Below, piece by piece: positions 37,201 through 52,169 of a DNA stretch of 64,000 bases. Position 1 is the first letter of the stretch; every line of letters begins with the position of its first letter. The translations under genes were made by a program, and so were the position numbers. The stretch covers positions 423,770,001 through 423,834,000 of the forward strand of contig OZ024740.1 of NCBI GenBank assembly GCA_964016885.1, in the 5' to 3' direction. The notes under the pieces were generated by a model, which saw only the letters and a list, made by a program, of their open reading frames with translations, did no database searches and was not told the DNA's origin. Source of the stretch: Eledone cirrhosa. Taxonomy: Eukaryota.

Positions 37201-40200
37201 ACAGAGTGGACACCTGGACTGGTCACATATCTCACGTCAGAGACAACAAGTGGACTATTAGAGTGACAGAGTGGACACCCGGACTGGTCACATATCTCAC
37301 GTCAGAGACAACAGGGGGACTATTAGAGTGACAGAGTGGACACCTGAACTGGTCACATATCTCACATCAGAGACAACAGGGGGACTATTAGAGTGACAGT
37401 GGACACCTGGACTGGTCACATATCTCACATCAGAGACAACAAGTGGACTATTAGAGTGACAGAGTGGACACCTTGACTGGTCACATATCTCACATCAGAG
37501 ACAACAGGGGGACTATTAGAGTGACAGAGTGGACACCTGGACTGGTCACATATCTCACGTCAGAGACAACAAGTGGACTATTAGAGTGAGAGTGGACACC
37601 TGCAGTGGTCACATATCTCACATCAGAGACAACAGGGGGACTATTAGAGTGACAGTGGACACCTGGACTGGTCACATATCTCACATCAGAGACAACAGGG
37701 GGACTATTAGAGTGACAGAGTGGACACCTGGACTGGTCACATATCTCACATCAGAGACAAGTGGACTATTAGAGTGACAGAGTGGACACCTGGACTGGTC
37801 ACATATCTCACGTCAGAGACAACAGGGGGACTATTAGAGTGACAGAGTGGACACCTGGACTGGTCACATATCTCACATCAGAGACAACAGGGGGACTATT
37901 AGAGTGACAGAGTGGACACCTGGACTGGTCAAATATCTCACATCAGAGATAACGAGTGGACTATTAGAGTAACAGTGGACTCCTGGACTGGTCACATATC
38001 TCACATCAGAGACAACAAGTGGACTATTAGAGTGACAGAGTGGACACCTGGACTGGTCACATATCTCACATCAGAGACAACAAGTGGACTATTAGAGTGA
38101 CAGAGTGGACACCTGGACTGGTCACATATCTCACATCAGAGACAACAGGGGGACTATTAGAGTGACAGTGGACACCTGGACTGGTCACATATCTCACATC
38201 AGAGACAACAGGGGGACTATTAGAGTGACAGTGGACACCTGGACTGGTCACATATCTCACATCAGAGACAACAAGTGGACTATTAGAGTGACAGAGTGGA
38301 CACCTGGACTGGTCACATATCTCACGTCAGAGACAACAAGTGGACTATTAGAGTGACAGTGGACACCTGGACTGGTCACATATCTCACGTCAGAGACAAC
38401 AAGTGGACTATTAGAGTGGTCACATATCTCACATCAGAGACAACAGGGGGACTATTAGAGTGACAGTGGACACCTGGACTGGTCACATATCTCACATCAG
38501 AGACAACAGGGGGACTATTAGAGTGACAGAGTGGACACCTGGACTGGTCACATATCTCACATCAGAGACAACAAGTGGACTATTAGAGTGACAGAGTGGA
38601 CTGGTCACATATCTCACATCAGAGACAACAAGTGGACTATTAGAGTGACAGAGTGGACACCTGGACTGGTCACATATCTCACGTCAGAGACAACAAGTGG
38701 ACTATTAGAGTGACAGTGGACACCTGGACTGGTCACATATCTCACATCAGAGACAACAAGTGGACTATTAGAGTGACAGAGTGGACACCTGGATTGGTCA
38801 CATATCTCACGTCAGAGACAACAAGTGGACTAATAGAGTGACAGAGTGGACACCTTGACTGTTCATATATCTCACGTCAGAAACAACAGGGGGACTATTA
38901 GAGTGACAGAGTGGACACCTGGACTGGTCACATATCACACATCAGAGACAACAGGGGGACTATTAGAGTGACAGAGTGGACACCTGGACTGGTCAAATAT
39001 CTCGCATCAGAGATAACAAGTGGACTATTAGAGTGACAGAGTGGACACCTGGACTGGTCACATATCTCACATCAGTGACAACAGGGGGACTATTAGAGTG
39101 ACAGAGTGGACACCTGGACTGGTCACATATCTCACGTCAGAGACAACAGGGGGACTATTAGAGTGACAGAGTGGACACCTGGACTGGTCACATATCTAAC
39201 ATCAGAGACAACAGGGGGACTATTAGAGTGACAGAGTGGACACCTGGACTGGTCACATATCTCATGTCAGAGACAACAGGGGGACTATTAGAGTAACAGA
39301 GTGGACACCTGGACTGGGCACATATCTCACGTCAGAGACAACAAGTGGACTATTAGAGTGACAGAGTGGACACCTGAACTGGTCACATATCTCACATCAG
39401 AGACAACAGGGGGACTATTAGAGTGACAGTGGACACCTGGACTGGTCACATATCTCACATCAGAGACAACAAGTGGACTATTAGAGTGACAGAGTGGACA
39501 CCTGGACTGGTCACATATCTCACATCAGAGACAACAGGGGGACTATTAGAGTGACAGAGTGGACACCTGGACTGGTCACATATCTCACATCAGAGACAAC
39601 AGGGGGACTATTAGAGTGACAGAGTGGACACCTGGACTGGTCACATATCTCACGTCAGAGAAAACAGGGGGACTATTAGAGTGACAGAGTGGATACCTGG
39701 ACTGGTCACATATCTCACGTCAGAGACAACAGGGGGACTATTAGAGTGACAGAGTGGACTGCTCACATATCTCATGTCAGAGACAACAGGGGGACTATTA
39801 GAGTAACAGAGTGGACACCTGGATTGGTTACATATCTCACGTCAGAGACAACAAGTGGACTATTAGAGTGACAGAGTGGACACCTGGACTGGTCACATAT
39901 CTCACGTCAGAGACAACAGGGGGACTATTAGAGTGACAGAGTGGACACCTGGACTGGTCACATATCTCACATCAGAGACAAGAGGGGGACTATTAGAGTG
40001 ACAGAGTGGACACCTGGACTGGTCACATATCTCACATCAGAGACAACAAGTGGACTATTAGAGTGACAGAGTGGACACCTGGACTGGTCACATATCTCAC
40101 ATCAGAGACAACAGGGGGACTATTAGAGTGACAGAGTGGACACCTGGACTGGTCACATATCTCACGTCAGAGACAACAGGGGGACTATTAGAGTGACAGA

Positions 40201-43200
40201 GTGGACACCTGGACTGGTCACACATCTCACATCAGAGATAACAAGTGGACTATTAGAGTGACAGAGTGGACACCTGGACTGGTGACATATCTCATGTCAG
40301 AGACAACAGGGGGACTATTAGAGTGACAGAGTGGACACCAGGACTGGTCACATATCTCACATCAGTGACAACAAGTGGACTATTAGAGTGACAGAGTGGA
40401 CACCTGGACTGGTCACATATCTCACGTCAGAGACAACAGGGGGACTATTAGAGTGACAGAGTGGACACCTGGACTGGTCACATATCTCACATCAGAGACA
40501 ACAGGGGGACTATTAGAGTGACAGAGTGGACACCTGGACTGGTAAACATATCTCACATCAGAGACAACAGGGGGACTATTAGAGTGACAGAGTGGACACC
40601 TGGACTGGTCACATATCTCACATCAGAGACAAGTGGACTATTAGAGTGACAGAGTGGACACCTGGACTGGTCACATATCTCACGTCAGAGACAACAGGGG
40701 GACTATTAGAGTGACAGAGTGGACACCTGGACTGGTCACATATCTCACATCAGAGACAACAGGGGGAGTATTAGAGTGACAGAGTGGACACCTGGACTGG
40801 TCACATATCTCACATCAGAGACAACAAGTGGACTATTAGAGTGACAGAGTGGACACCTGGACTGGTCACATATCTCACATCAGAGACAACAGGGGGACTA
40901 TTAGAGTGACAGAGTGGACACCTGGACTGGTCAAATATCTCACATCAGAGATAACGAGTGGACTATTAGAGTAAAAGTGGACACCTGGACTGGTCACATA
41001 TCTCACATCAGAGACAACAAGTGGACTATTAGAGTGACAGAGTGGACACCTGGACTGGTCACATATCTCACATCAGAGACAACAAGTGGACTATTAGAGT
41101 GACAGAGTGGACACCTGGACTGGTCACATATCTCACATCAGAGACAACAGGGGGACTATTAGAGTGACAGTGGACACCTGGACTGGTCACATATCTCACA
41201 TCAGAGACAACAGGGGGACTATTAGAGTGACAGTGGACACCTGGACTGGTCACATATCTCACATCAGAGACAACAAGTGGACTATTAGAGTGACAGAGTG
41301 GACACCTTGACTGGTCACATATCTCACATCAGAGACAACAGGGGGACTATTAGAGTGACAGAGTGGACACCTGGACTGGTCACATATCTCACGTCAGAGA
41401 CAACAAGTGGACTATTAGAGTGACAGTGGACACCTGCAGTGGTCACATATCTCACGTCAGAGACAACAGGGGGACTATTAGAGTGACAGAGTGGACACCT
41501 GGACTGGTCACATATCTCACATCAGAGACAACATGTGGACTATTAGAGTGACAGAGTGGACACCTGGACTGGTCACATATCTCACATCAGTGACAACAGG
41601 GGGACTATTAGAGTGACAGAGTGGACACCTGGACTGGTCACATATGTCACGTCAGAGACAACAGGGGGACTATTAGAGTGACAGAGTGGACACCTGGACT
41701 GGTCACATATCTCACATCAGAGACAACAAGGGGACTATTAGAGTGACAGAGTGGACACCTGCACTGGTCACATATCTCACGTCAGAGACAACAGGGGGAC
41801 TATTAGAGTGACAGAGTGGACACCTGGACTGGTCACATATCTCACATCAGAGACAACAGGGGGGACTATTAGAGTGACAGAGTGGACACCTGGACTGGTC
41901 ACATATCTCATGTCAGAGACAACAGGGGGACTATTAGAGTAACAGAGTTGACACCTGGACTGGTCACATATCTCACGTCAGAGACAACAAGTGGACTATT
42001 AGAGTGACAGAGTGGACACCTGGACTGGTCACATATCTCATGTCAGAGACAACAGGGGGACTATTAGAGTGACAGAGTGGACACCTGGACTGGTCACATA
42101 TCTCACATCAGAGACAACAGGGGGACTATTAGAGTGACAGAGTGGACACCTGGACTGGTCACATATCTCACATCAGAGACAACAAGTGGACTATTAGAGT
42201 GACAGAGTGGACACCTGGACTGGTCACATATTTCACATCAGAGACAACAGGTGGACTATTAGAGTGACAGAGAGGACACCTGGACTGGTCACATATCTCA
42301 CATCAGAGACAACAGGGGGACTATTAGAGTGACAGAGTGGACACCTGGACTGGTCACATATCTCACATCAGAGATAACAAGTGGACTATTAGAGTGACAG
42401 AGTGGACACCTGGACTGGTCACATATCTCACATCAGAGACAAGTGGACTATTAGAGTGACAGAGTGGACACCTGGACTGGTCACATATCTCACATCAGAG
42501 ACAACAGGGGGACTATTAGAGTGACAGAGTGGACACCTGGGCTGGTCACATATCTCACATCAGAGACAACAAGTGGACTATTAGAGTGACAGAGTGGACA
42601 CCTGGACTGGTCACATATCTCACATCAGTGACAACAGGGGGACTATTAGAGTGACAGAGTGGACACCTGGACTGGTCACATATGTCACGTCAGGGACAAC
42701 AGGGGGACTATTAGAGTGACAGAGTGGACACCTGGACTGGTCACATATCTCACATCAGAGACAACAGTGGGACTATTAGAGTGACAGAGTGGACACATGG
42801 ACTGGTCACATATCTCGCATCAGAGACAACAAGTGGACTATTAGAGTGACAGAGTGGACACCTGGACTGGTCACATATCTCACATCAGAGACAACAAGGG
42901 GACTATTAGAGTGACAGAGTGGACACCTGGACTGGTCACATATCTCGCATCAGAGACAACAGGGGGACTATTAGAGTGACAGAGTGGACACCTGGACTGG
43001 TCACATATCTCACATCAGAGACAACAAGGGGACTATTAGAGTGACAGAGTGGACACCTGGACTGGTCACATATCTCATGTCAGGGACAACAAGGGGACTA
43101 TTAGAGTGACAGAGTGGACACCTGGACTGGTCACATATCTCGCATCAGAGACAACAGGGGGACTATTAGAGTGACAGAGTGGACACCTGGACTGGTCACA

Positions 43201-46200
43201 TATCTCATATCAGAGACAACATGGGGACTATTAGAGTGACAGAGTGGACACCTGGACTGGTCACATATCTCACATCAGAGACAACAAGGGGACTATTAGA
43301 GTGACAGAGTGGACACCTGGACTGGTCACATATCTCACATCAGAGACAACAGGGGGACTATTAGAGTGACAGAGTGGACACCTGGACTGGTCACATATCT
43401 CACATCAGAGACAACAGGGGGACTATTAGAGTGACAGAGTGGACACCTGGACTGGTCACATATCTCGCATCAGAGACAACAGGGGGACTATTAGAGTGAC
43501 AGAGTGGACACCTGGACTGGTCACATATCTCACATCAGAGATAACACGTGGACTATTAGAGTGACAGAGTGGACACCTGGACTGGTCACATATCTCACGT
43601 CAGAGACAACAGGGGGACTATTAGAGTGACAGAGTGGACACCTGGACTGGTCACATATCTCACATCAGAGATAACACGTGGAGTATTAGAGTGACAGAGT
43701 GGACACCTGGACTGGTCACATATCTCACGTCAGAGACAACAGGGGGACTATTAGAGTGACAGAGTGGACACCTGGACTGGTCACATATCTCACGTCAGAG
43801 ACAACAGGGGGACTATTAGAGTGACAGAGTGGACACCTGGACTGGTCACATATCTCACATCAGAGATAACAAGTGGACTATTAGAGTGACAGAGTGGACA
43901 CCTGGACTGGTCACATATCTCGCATCAGAGACAACAAGTGGACTATTAGAGTGACAGAGTGGACACCTGGACTGGTCACATATCTCACATCAGTGATAAC
44001 AGGGGGACTATTAGAGTGACAGAGTGGACAACTGGACTGGTCACATATCTCACGTCAGAGACAACAGGGGGACTATTAGAGTGACAGAGTGGACACCTGG
44101 ACTGGTCACATATCTAACATCAGAGACAACAGGGGGACTATTAGAGTGACAGAGTGGACACCTGGACTGGTCACATATCTCATGTCAGAGACAACAGGGG
44201 GACTATTAGAGTAACAGAGTGGACACCTGGACTGGTCACATATCTCACGTCAGAGACAACAAGTGGACTATTAGAGTGACAGAGTGGACTGCTCACATAT
44301 CTCATGTCAGAGACAACAGGGGGACTATTAGAGTAACAGAGTGGACACCTGGATTGGTTACATATCTCACGTCAGAGACAACAAGTGGACTATTAGAGTG
44401 ACAGAGTGGACACCTGGACTGGTCACATATCTCACGTCAGAGACAACAGGGGGACTATTAGAGTGACAGAGTGGACACCTGGACTGGTCACATATCTCAC
44501 ATCAGAGACAAGAGGGGGACTATTAGAGTGACAGAGTGGATACCTGGACTGGTCACATATCTCACATCAGAGACAACAAGTGGACTATTAGAGTGACAGA
44601 GTGGACACTTGGACTGGTCACATATCTCACATCAGAGACAACAGGGGGACTATTAGAGTGACAGAGTGGACACCTGGACAGGTCACATATCTCACATCAG
44701 AGATAACAAGTGGACTATTAGAGTGACAGAGTGGACACCTGGACTGGTCACATATCTCACGTCAGAGACAACAGGGGGACTATTAGAGTGACAGAGTGGA
44801 CACCTGGACTGGTCACATATCTCACATCAGAGATAACAAGTGGACTATTAGAGTGACAGAGTGGACACCTGGACTGGTCACATATCTCACATCAGTGACA
44901 ACAGGGGGACTATTAGAGTGACAGAGTGGACACCTGGACTGGTCACATATGTCACGTCAGAGACAACAGGGGGACTATTAGAGTGACAGAGTGGACACCT
45001 GGACTGGTCACATATCTCACATCAGAGACAACAAGGGGACTATTAGAGTGACAGAGTGGACACCTGCGCTGGTCACATATCTCACGTCAGAGACAACAGG
45101 GGGACTATTAGAGTGACAGAGTGGACACCTGGACTGGTCACATATCTCACATCAGAGACAACAGGGGGGACTATTAGAGTGACAGAGTGGACACCTGGAC
45201 TGGTCACATATCTCATGTCAGAGACAACAGGGGGACTATTAGAGTAACAGAGTGGACACCTGGACTGGTCACATATCTCACGTCAGAGACAACAAGTGGA
45301 CTATTAGAGTGACAGAGTGGACACCTGGACTGGTCACATATCTCATGTCAGAGACAACAGGGGGACTATTAGAGTGACAGAGTGGACACCTGGACTGGTC
45401 ACATATCTCACATCAGAGACAACAGGGGGACTATTAGAGTGACAGAGTGGACACCTGGACTGGTCACATATCTCACATCAGAGACAACAAGTGGACTATT
45501 AGAGTGACAGAGTGGACACCTGGACTGGTCACATATCTCACATCAGAGACAACAGGGGGACTATTAGAGTGACAGAGTGGACACCTGGACTGGTCACATA
45601 TCTCACATCAGAGACAACAGGTGGACTATTAGAGTGACAGAGAGGACACCTGGACTGGTCACATATCTCACATCAGAGACAACAGGGGGACTATTAGAGT
45701 GACAGAGTGGACACCTGGACTGGTCACATATCTCACATCAGAGATAACAAGTGGACTATTAGAGTGACAGAGTGGACACCTGGACTGGTCACATATCTCA
45801 CATCAGAGACAACAGGAGGACTATTAGAGTGACAGAGTGGACACCTGGGCTGGTCACATATCTCACATCAGAGACAACAAGTGGACTATTAGAGTGACAG
45901 AGTGGACACCTGGACTGGTCACATATCTCACATCAGTGACAACAGGGGGACTATTAGAGTGACAGAGTGGACACCTGGACTGGTCACATATGTCACGTCA
46001 GGGACAACAGGGTGACTATTAGAGTGACAGAGTGGACACCTGGACTGGTCACATATCTCACATCAGAGACAACAGGGGGACTATTAGAGTGACAGAGTGG
46101 ACACATGGACTGGTCACATATCTCGCATCAGAGACAAGTGGACTATTAGAGTGACAGAGTGGACACCTGGACTGGTCACATATCTCACATCAGAGACAAC

Positions 46201-49200
46201 AAGGGGACTATTAGAGTGACAGAGTGGACACCTGGACTGGTCACATATCTCGCATCAGAGACAACAGGGGGACTATTAGAGTGACAGAGTGGACACCTGG
46301 ACTGGTCACATATCTCATATCAGAGACAACAGGGGGACTATTAGAGTGACAGAGTGGACACCTGGACTGGTCACATATCTCACATCAGAGACAACAAGGG
46401 GACTATTAGAGTGACAGAGTGGACACCTGGACTGGTCACATATCTCACATCAGAGACAACAGGGGGACTATTAGAGTGACAGAGTGGACACCTGGACTGG
46501 TCACATATCTCACATCAGAGACAACAGGGGGACTATTAGAGTGACAGAGTGGACACCTGGACTGGTCACATATCTCACATCAGAGACAACAGGGGGACTA
46601 TTAGAGTGACAGAGTGGACACCTGGACTGGTCACATATCTCACATCAGAGATAACACGTGGACTATTAGAGTGACAGAGTGGACACCTGGACTGGTCACA
46701 TATCTCACGTCAGAGACAACAGGGGGACTATTAGAGTGACAGAGTGGACACCTGGACTGGTCACATATCTCACATCAGAGATAACAAGTGGACTATTAGA
46801 GTGACAGAGTGGACACCTGGACTGGTCACATATCTCACGTCAGAGACAACAGGGGGACTATTAGAGTGACAGAGTGGACACCTGGACTGGTCACATATCT
46901 CACATCAGAGACAACAAGTGGACTATTAGAGTGACAGAGTGGACACCTGGACTGGTCACATATCTCACGTCAGAGACAACAGGGGGACTATTGGAGTGAC
47001 AGAGTGGACACCTGGACTGGTCACATATCTCACATCAGAGACATCATGTGGACTATTAGAGTGACAGAGTGGACACCTGGACTGGTCACATATCTCACAT
47101 CAGTGACGACAGGGGGACTATTAGAGTGACAGAGTGGACACCTGGACTGGTCACATACGTCACGTCAGAGACAACAGGGGGACTATTAGAGTGACAGAGT
47201 GGACACCTGGACTGGTCACATATCTCACATCAGAGACAACAAGGGGACTATTAGAGTGACAGAGTGGACACTTGCACTGGTCACATATCTCACGTCAGAG
47301 ACAACAGGGGGACTATTAGAGTGACAGAGTGGACACCTGGACAGGTCACATATCTCACATCAGAGACAACAGGGGGGACTATTAGAGTGACAGAGTGGAC
47401 ACCTGGACTGGTCACATATCTCATGTCAGAGACAACAGGGGGACTATTAGAGTAACAGAGTGGACACCTGGACTGGTCACATATCTCACGTCAGAGACAA
47501 CAAGTGGACTATTAGAGTGACAGAGTGGACACCTGGACTGGTCACATATCTCATGTCAGAGACAACAGGGGGACTATTAGAGTGACAGAGTGGACACCTG
47601 GACTGGTCACATATCTCACATCAGAGACAACAGGGGGACTATTAGAGTGACAGAGTGGACACCTGGACTGGTCACATATCTCACATCAGAGACAACAAGT
47701 GGACTATTAGAGTGACAGAGTGGACACATGGACTGGTCACATATCTCACATCAGAGACAACAGGGGGACTATTAGAGTGACAGAGTGGACACCTGGACTG
47801 GTCACATATCTCACATCAGAGACAACAGGTGGACTATTAGAGTGACAGAGTGGACACCTGGACTGGTCACATATCTCACATCAGAGACAACAGGGGGACT
47901 ATTAGAGTGACAGAGTGGACACCTGGACTGGTCACATATCTCACATCAGAGATAACAAGTGGACTATTAGAGTGACAGAGTGGACACCTGGACTGGTCAC
48001 ATATCTCACATCAGAGACAACAAGTGGACTATTAGAGTGACAGAGTGGACACCTGGACTGGTCACATATCTCACATCAGAGACAACAGGGGGACTATTAG
48101 AGTGACAGAGTGGACACCTGGACTGGTCACATATCTCACATCAGAGACAACAAGTGGACTATTAGAGTGACAGAGTGGACACCTGGACTGGTCACATATC
48201 TCACATCAGTGACAACAGGGGGACTATTAGAGTGACAGAGAGGACACCTGGACTGGTCACATATGTCACGTCAGGGACAACAGGGGGACTATTAGAGTGA
48301 CAGAGTGGACACCTGGACTGGTCACATATCTCACATCAGAGACAACAGGGGGACTATTAGAGTGAGAGAGTGGACACGTGGACTGGTCACATATCTCACA
48401 TCAGAGACAACAAGGGGCTATTAGAGTAACAGAGTGGACACCTGGACTGGTCACATATCTTACATCAGAGACAAGTGGACTATTAGAGTGACAGAGTGGA
48501 CACCTGGACTGGTCACATATCTCACATCAGAGATAACAAGTGGACTATTAGAGTGACAGAGTGGACACCTGGACTGGTCACATATCTCACATCAGAGACA
48601 ACAGGGGTCCATTAGAGTGACAGAGTGGACACCTGGACTGGTCACATATCTCACATCAGAGATAACAAGTGGACTATTAGAGTGACAGAGTGGACACCTG
48701 GACTGGTCACATATCTCACATCAGAGACAATAGGGGGACCATTAGAGTGACAGAGTGGACACCTGGACTGGTCACATATCTCACGTCAGAGACAACAAGT
48801 GGACTATTAGAGTGACAGAGTGGACACCTGGACTGGTCACATATCTCACATCAGAGACAACAAGTGGACTATTAGAGTGACAGAGTGGACACCTGGACTG
48901 GTCACATATCTCACATCAGAGACAACAGGGGGACTATTAGAGTGACAGAGTGGACACCTGGACTGGTCACATATCTCACGTCAGAGACAACAGGGGGTCT
49001 ATTAGAGTGATAGAGTGGACACCTGGACTGGTCACATATCTCACATCAGAGACAACAAGTGGACTATTAGAGTGACAGAGTGGACACCTGGACTGGTCAC
49101 ATATCTCACATCAGAGACAACAGGGGGACTATTAGAGTGACAGAGTGGACACCTGGACTGGTCACATATGTCACGTCAGAGACAACAGGGGGACTATTAG

Positions 49201-50757
49201 AGTGACAGAGTGGACACCTGGACTGGTCACATATCTCACATCAGAGATAACAAGTGGACTATTAGAGTGACAGAGTGGACACCTGGACTGGTCACATATC
49301 TCACATCAGAGACAACAGGGGGACTATTAGAGTGACAGAGTGGACACCTGGACTGGTCACATATCTCACATCAGAGACAACAGGGGGACTATTAGAGTGA
49401 CAGAGTGGACACCTGGACTGGTCACATATGTCACGTCAGAGACAACACGGGGACTATTAGAGTGACAGAGTGGACACCTGGACTGGTCACATATCTCACA
49501 TCAGAGACAACAGGGGGACTATTAGAGTGACAGAGTGGACACCTGGACTGGTCACATATCTCACATCAGAGATAACAAGTGGACTATTAGAGTGACAGAG
49601 TGGACACCTGGACTGGTCACATATCTCACATCAGAGACAACAAGTGGACTATTAGAGTGACAGAGTGGACACCTGGACTGGTCACATATCTCACATCAGA
49701 GACAACAGGGGGACTATTAGAGTGACAGAGTGGACACCTGGACTGGTCACATATCTCACATCAGAGATAACAAGTGGACTATTAGAGTGACAGAGTGGAC
49801 ACCTGGACTGGTCACATATCTCACATCAGAGACAACAGGGGGACTATTAGAGTGACAGAGTGGACACCTGGACTGGTCACATATGTCACGTCAGAGACAA
49901 CAAGTGGACTATTAGAGTGACAGAGTGGACACCTGGACTGGTCACATATCTCACGTCAGAGACAACAGGGGGACTATTAGAGTGACAGAGTGGACACCTG
50001 GACTGGTCACATATCTCACATCAGAGATAACAAGTGGACTATTAGAGTGACAGAGTGGACACCTGGACTGGTCACATATCTCACATCAGAGACAACAGGG
50101 GGACTATTAGAGTGACAGAGTGGACACCTGGACTGGTCACATATGTCACGTCAGAGACAACAAGTGGACTATTAGAGTGACAGAGTGGACACCTGGACTG
50201 GTCACATATCTCACATCAGAGACAACAAGTGGACTATTAGAGTGACAGAGTGGACACCTGGACTGGTCACATATCTCACATCAGAGACAACAGGGGGACT
50301 ATTAGAGTGACAGAGTGGACACCTGGACTGGTCACATATCTCACGTCAGAGACAACAGGGGGACTATTAGAGTGATAGAGTGGACACCTTGACTGGTCAC
50401 ATATCTCACATCAGAGACAACAAGTGGACTATTAGAGTGACAGAGTGGACACCTGGACTGGTCACATATCTCACGTCAGAGACAACAGGGGGACTATTAG
50501 AGTGACAGAGTGGACACCTGGACTGGTCACATATGTCACGTCAGAGACAACAGGGGGACTATTAGAGTGACAGAGTGGACACCAAGGCAGAGGGGTAGAA
50601 CTCGAGGATGGCCAAAGACAAGATGGCACGACAATCTGACCTGATACCATGGCCCCACATGAACCAATATGGTCAGAGATAAGAAGTGGTGGAGGTCAAC
50701 CAGGGAGGGAGAGGAGGGGGATCCCTTCAACAGGAGTTAGAAGGCCCTGAAGATTGA
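28223..50757 (+). mobile_element. Single 5'-truncated RTE-clade LINE insertion (family distinct from A/B/C), internally expanded into a satellite
   Basis: Left flank VLIIIKTSKIGKHRW, unit WTGHISRIRDNKWTIRVTEWTP, right flank WTPRQRGRTRGWPKTRWHD..RDKKWWR; TSD ATCATCCCAAT at 28212-28222 and 50758-50768. Confidence 0.85.
28290..50583 (+). repeat. 65-bp tandem satellite, roughly 345 copies
   Basis: Unit TGGACTGGTCACATATCTCACATCAGAGACAAC(AAGT/AGGG)GGACTATTAGAGTGACAGAGTGGACACC, head-to-tail with no spacers. Confidence 0.98.
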
Positions 50758-50984
50758 ATCATCCCAATTATCATATTTCAGATCATTATCAAAGAACACT
50801 GATGATAATGGTGGAAACAATTGTTGATTTCTTGAGTGAAAACCTGTTAGTTTTTTTTTATTAAAAAAAAGATTGTTTTCAAACTATTGAAGAATATTTG
50901 TTAACATAATGAAAGCCTCCACATCAACCTGTCTTAGCATATATCAAGAGGCTGATAATGATTATATAGCATACCAAAAGTTCA

Positions 50985-51130
50985 GAGAGAGAGAGAGAGA
51001 TGGGGAGGGAGGGAGAGAGAAGTGAGGAGGAGGGGAGAAGAGAGAAGGAGAGAGAGATAGAAGAAAGAGAGGCAGGAGAGAGAGAGGGGTAAAGGGAGGC
51101 GAGATAGAGAAGAGCGAGATAGAGAAGAGA

Positions 51131-51170
<40 letters not shown>
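50985..51170. repeat. (GA)n purine-rich microsatellite
   Basis: GA/GGA runs. Confidence 0.9.
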
Positions 51171-51172
<2 letters not shown>

Positions 51173-51489
51173 CTACAAAATAATTCTTGTATGAAATCCT
51201 TATTTACATGTATGTGTATATGAAAATATAGAAATGTCTTTTAATTCTTCTAAAGAGAAGTAATAGATTAAAGCCACACCCTAGCCCTGCACATAAATAC
51301 ACAACAAAGGGACCGTTAATAAACCCACTCCTCCCCACCAAAAAATATCTGGTTTTGAACTGAAACACCAAAAGAACTCAGTTTATTAAGAAAATATATA
51401 AATAATAAATCGAGATCAATAATGTTCACAGGCAGATGAAAGAATTTTAATATATATATGTATGCATACACACACACACACACATATAT

Positions 51490-51806
51490 ATGGCATCACG
51501 CAGTGATACAGAAGACCCGACTTCCCATGGGAACAAGCCGAAGCTGAAGCATATTGACAATATGCCCCTACCCCCTTCCATTGCAAAGTGGATGTGTAGG
51601 CGCCACAGGAAAAAAACACCCAGTACTCACTGTAAATGAAGTTGGTGTTAGGAAGGGCATCCAGCTGTAGAAATCAAGCCAGAATCAGTTCCCGTATGAG
51701 CAAGACAAGGTCAGCCGACTGGACACTGCCTACAACAGGACAACCTGTCTAACCCATGCTAGCGTGGAAGAACGGATGTAAAACAGTGATGATGATGATG
51801 ATGATA
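51490..51806 (+). mobile_element. RTE subfamily C 3' end
   Basis: Matches 60190-60514; (GAT)n tail. Confidence 0.85.
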
Positions 51807-52169
51807 TATATATAAATATATATCTGTATGTGTGTAGTGGATATATAATAAAGCTGGGTATTCATATCAAGACATTTTCTAATTAGAAGATGAAGTCATT
51901 CTCAAGTTATAATATATGACAGATGATGATACCATATATCCTGAAATATAAGCCAACCCCACTATTTTATGCCTGAGAAATAGGTAGAAATCGAAACCCT
52001 GTTTATAAACCAAGGCAGGTAATCAACACAATATGTTTAGATGGTGTGGTTTTGACATTCTCATGAGTGGAGAATATATTTATAAAGTTTTAACATTTTG
52101 ATATTTAAACGGTTTTAAGTGTCATTTAGAGTATAGTTTTTGTTTCACAACTCCATTATGTAATCATTT

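Noticed and set aside
28290-50583. CRISPR array, or repeat-protein genes (many 60-83 aa MDTWTGHISH ORFs)
   Set aside because: There are no unique spacers and no cas genes, and the context is eukaryotic. 65 is not a multiple of 3, so frames close within a few units; the longer ORFs arise only where small indels occur.
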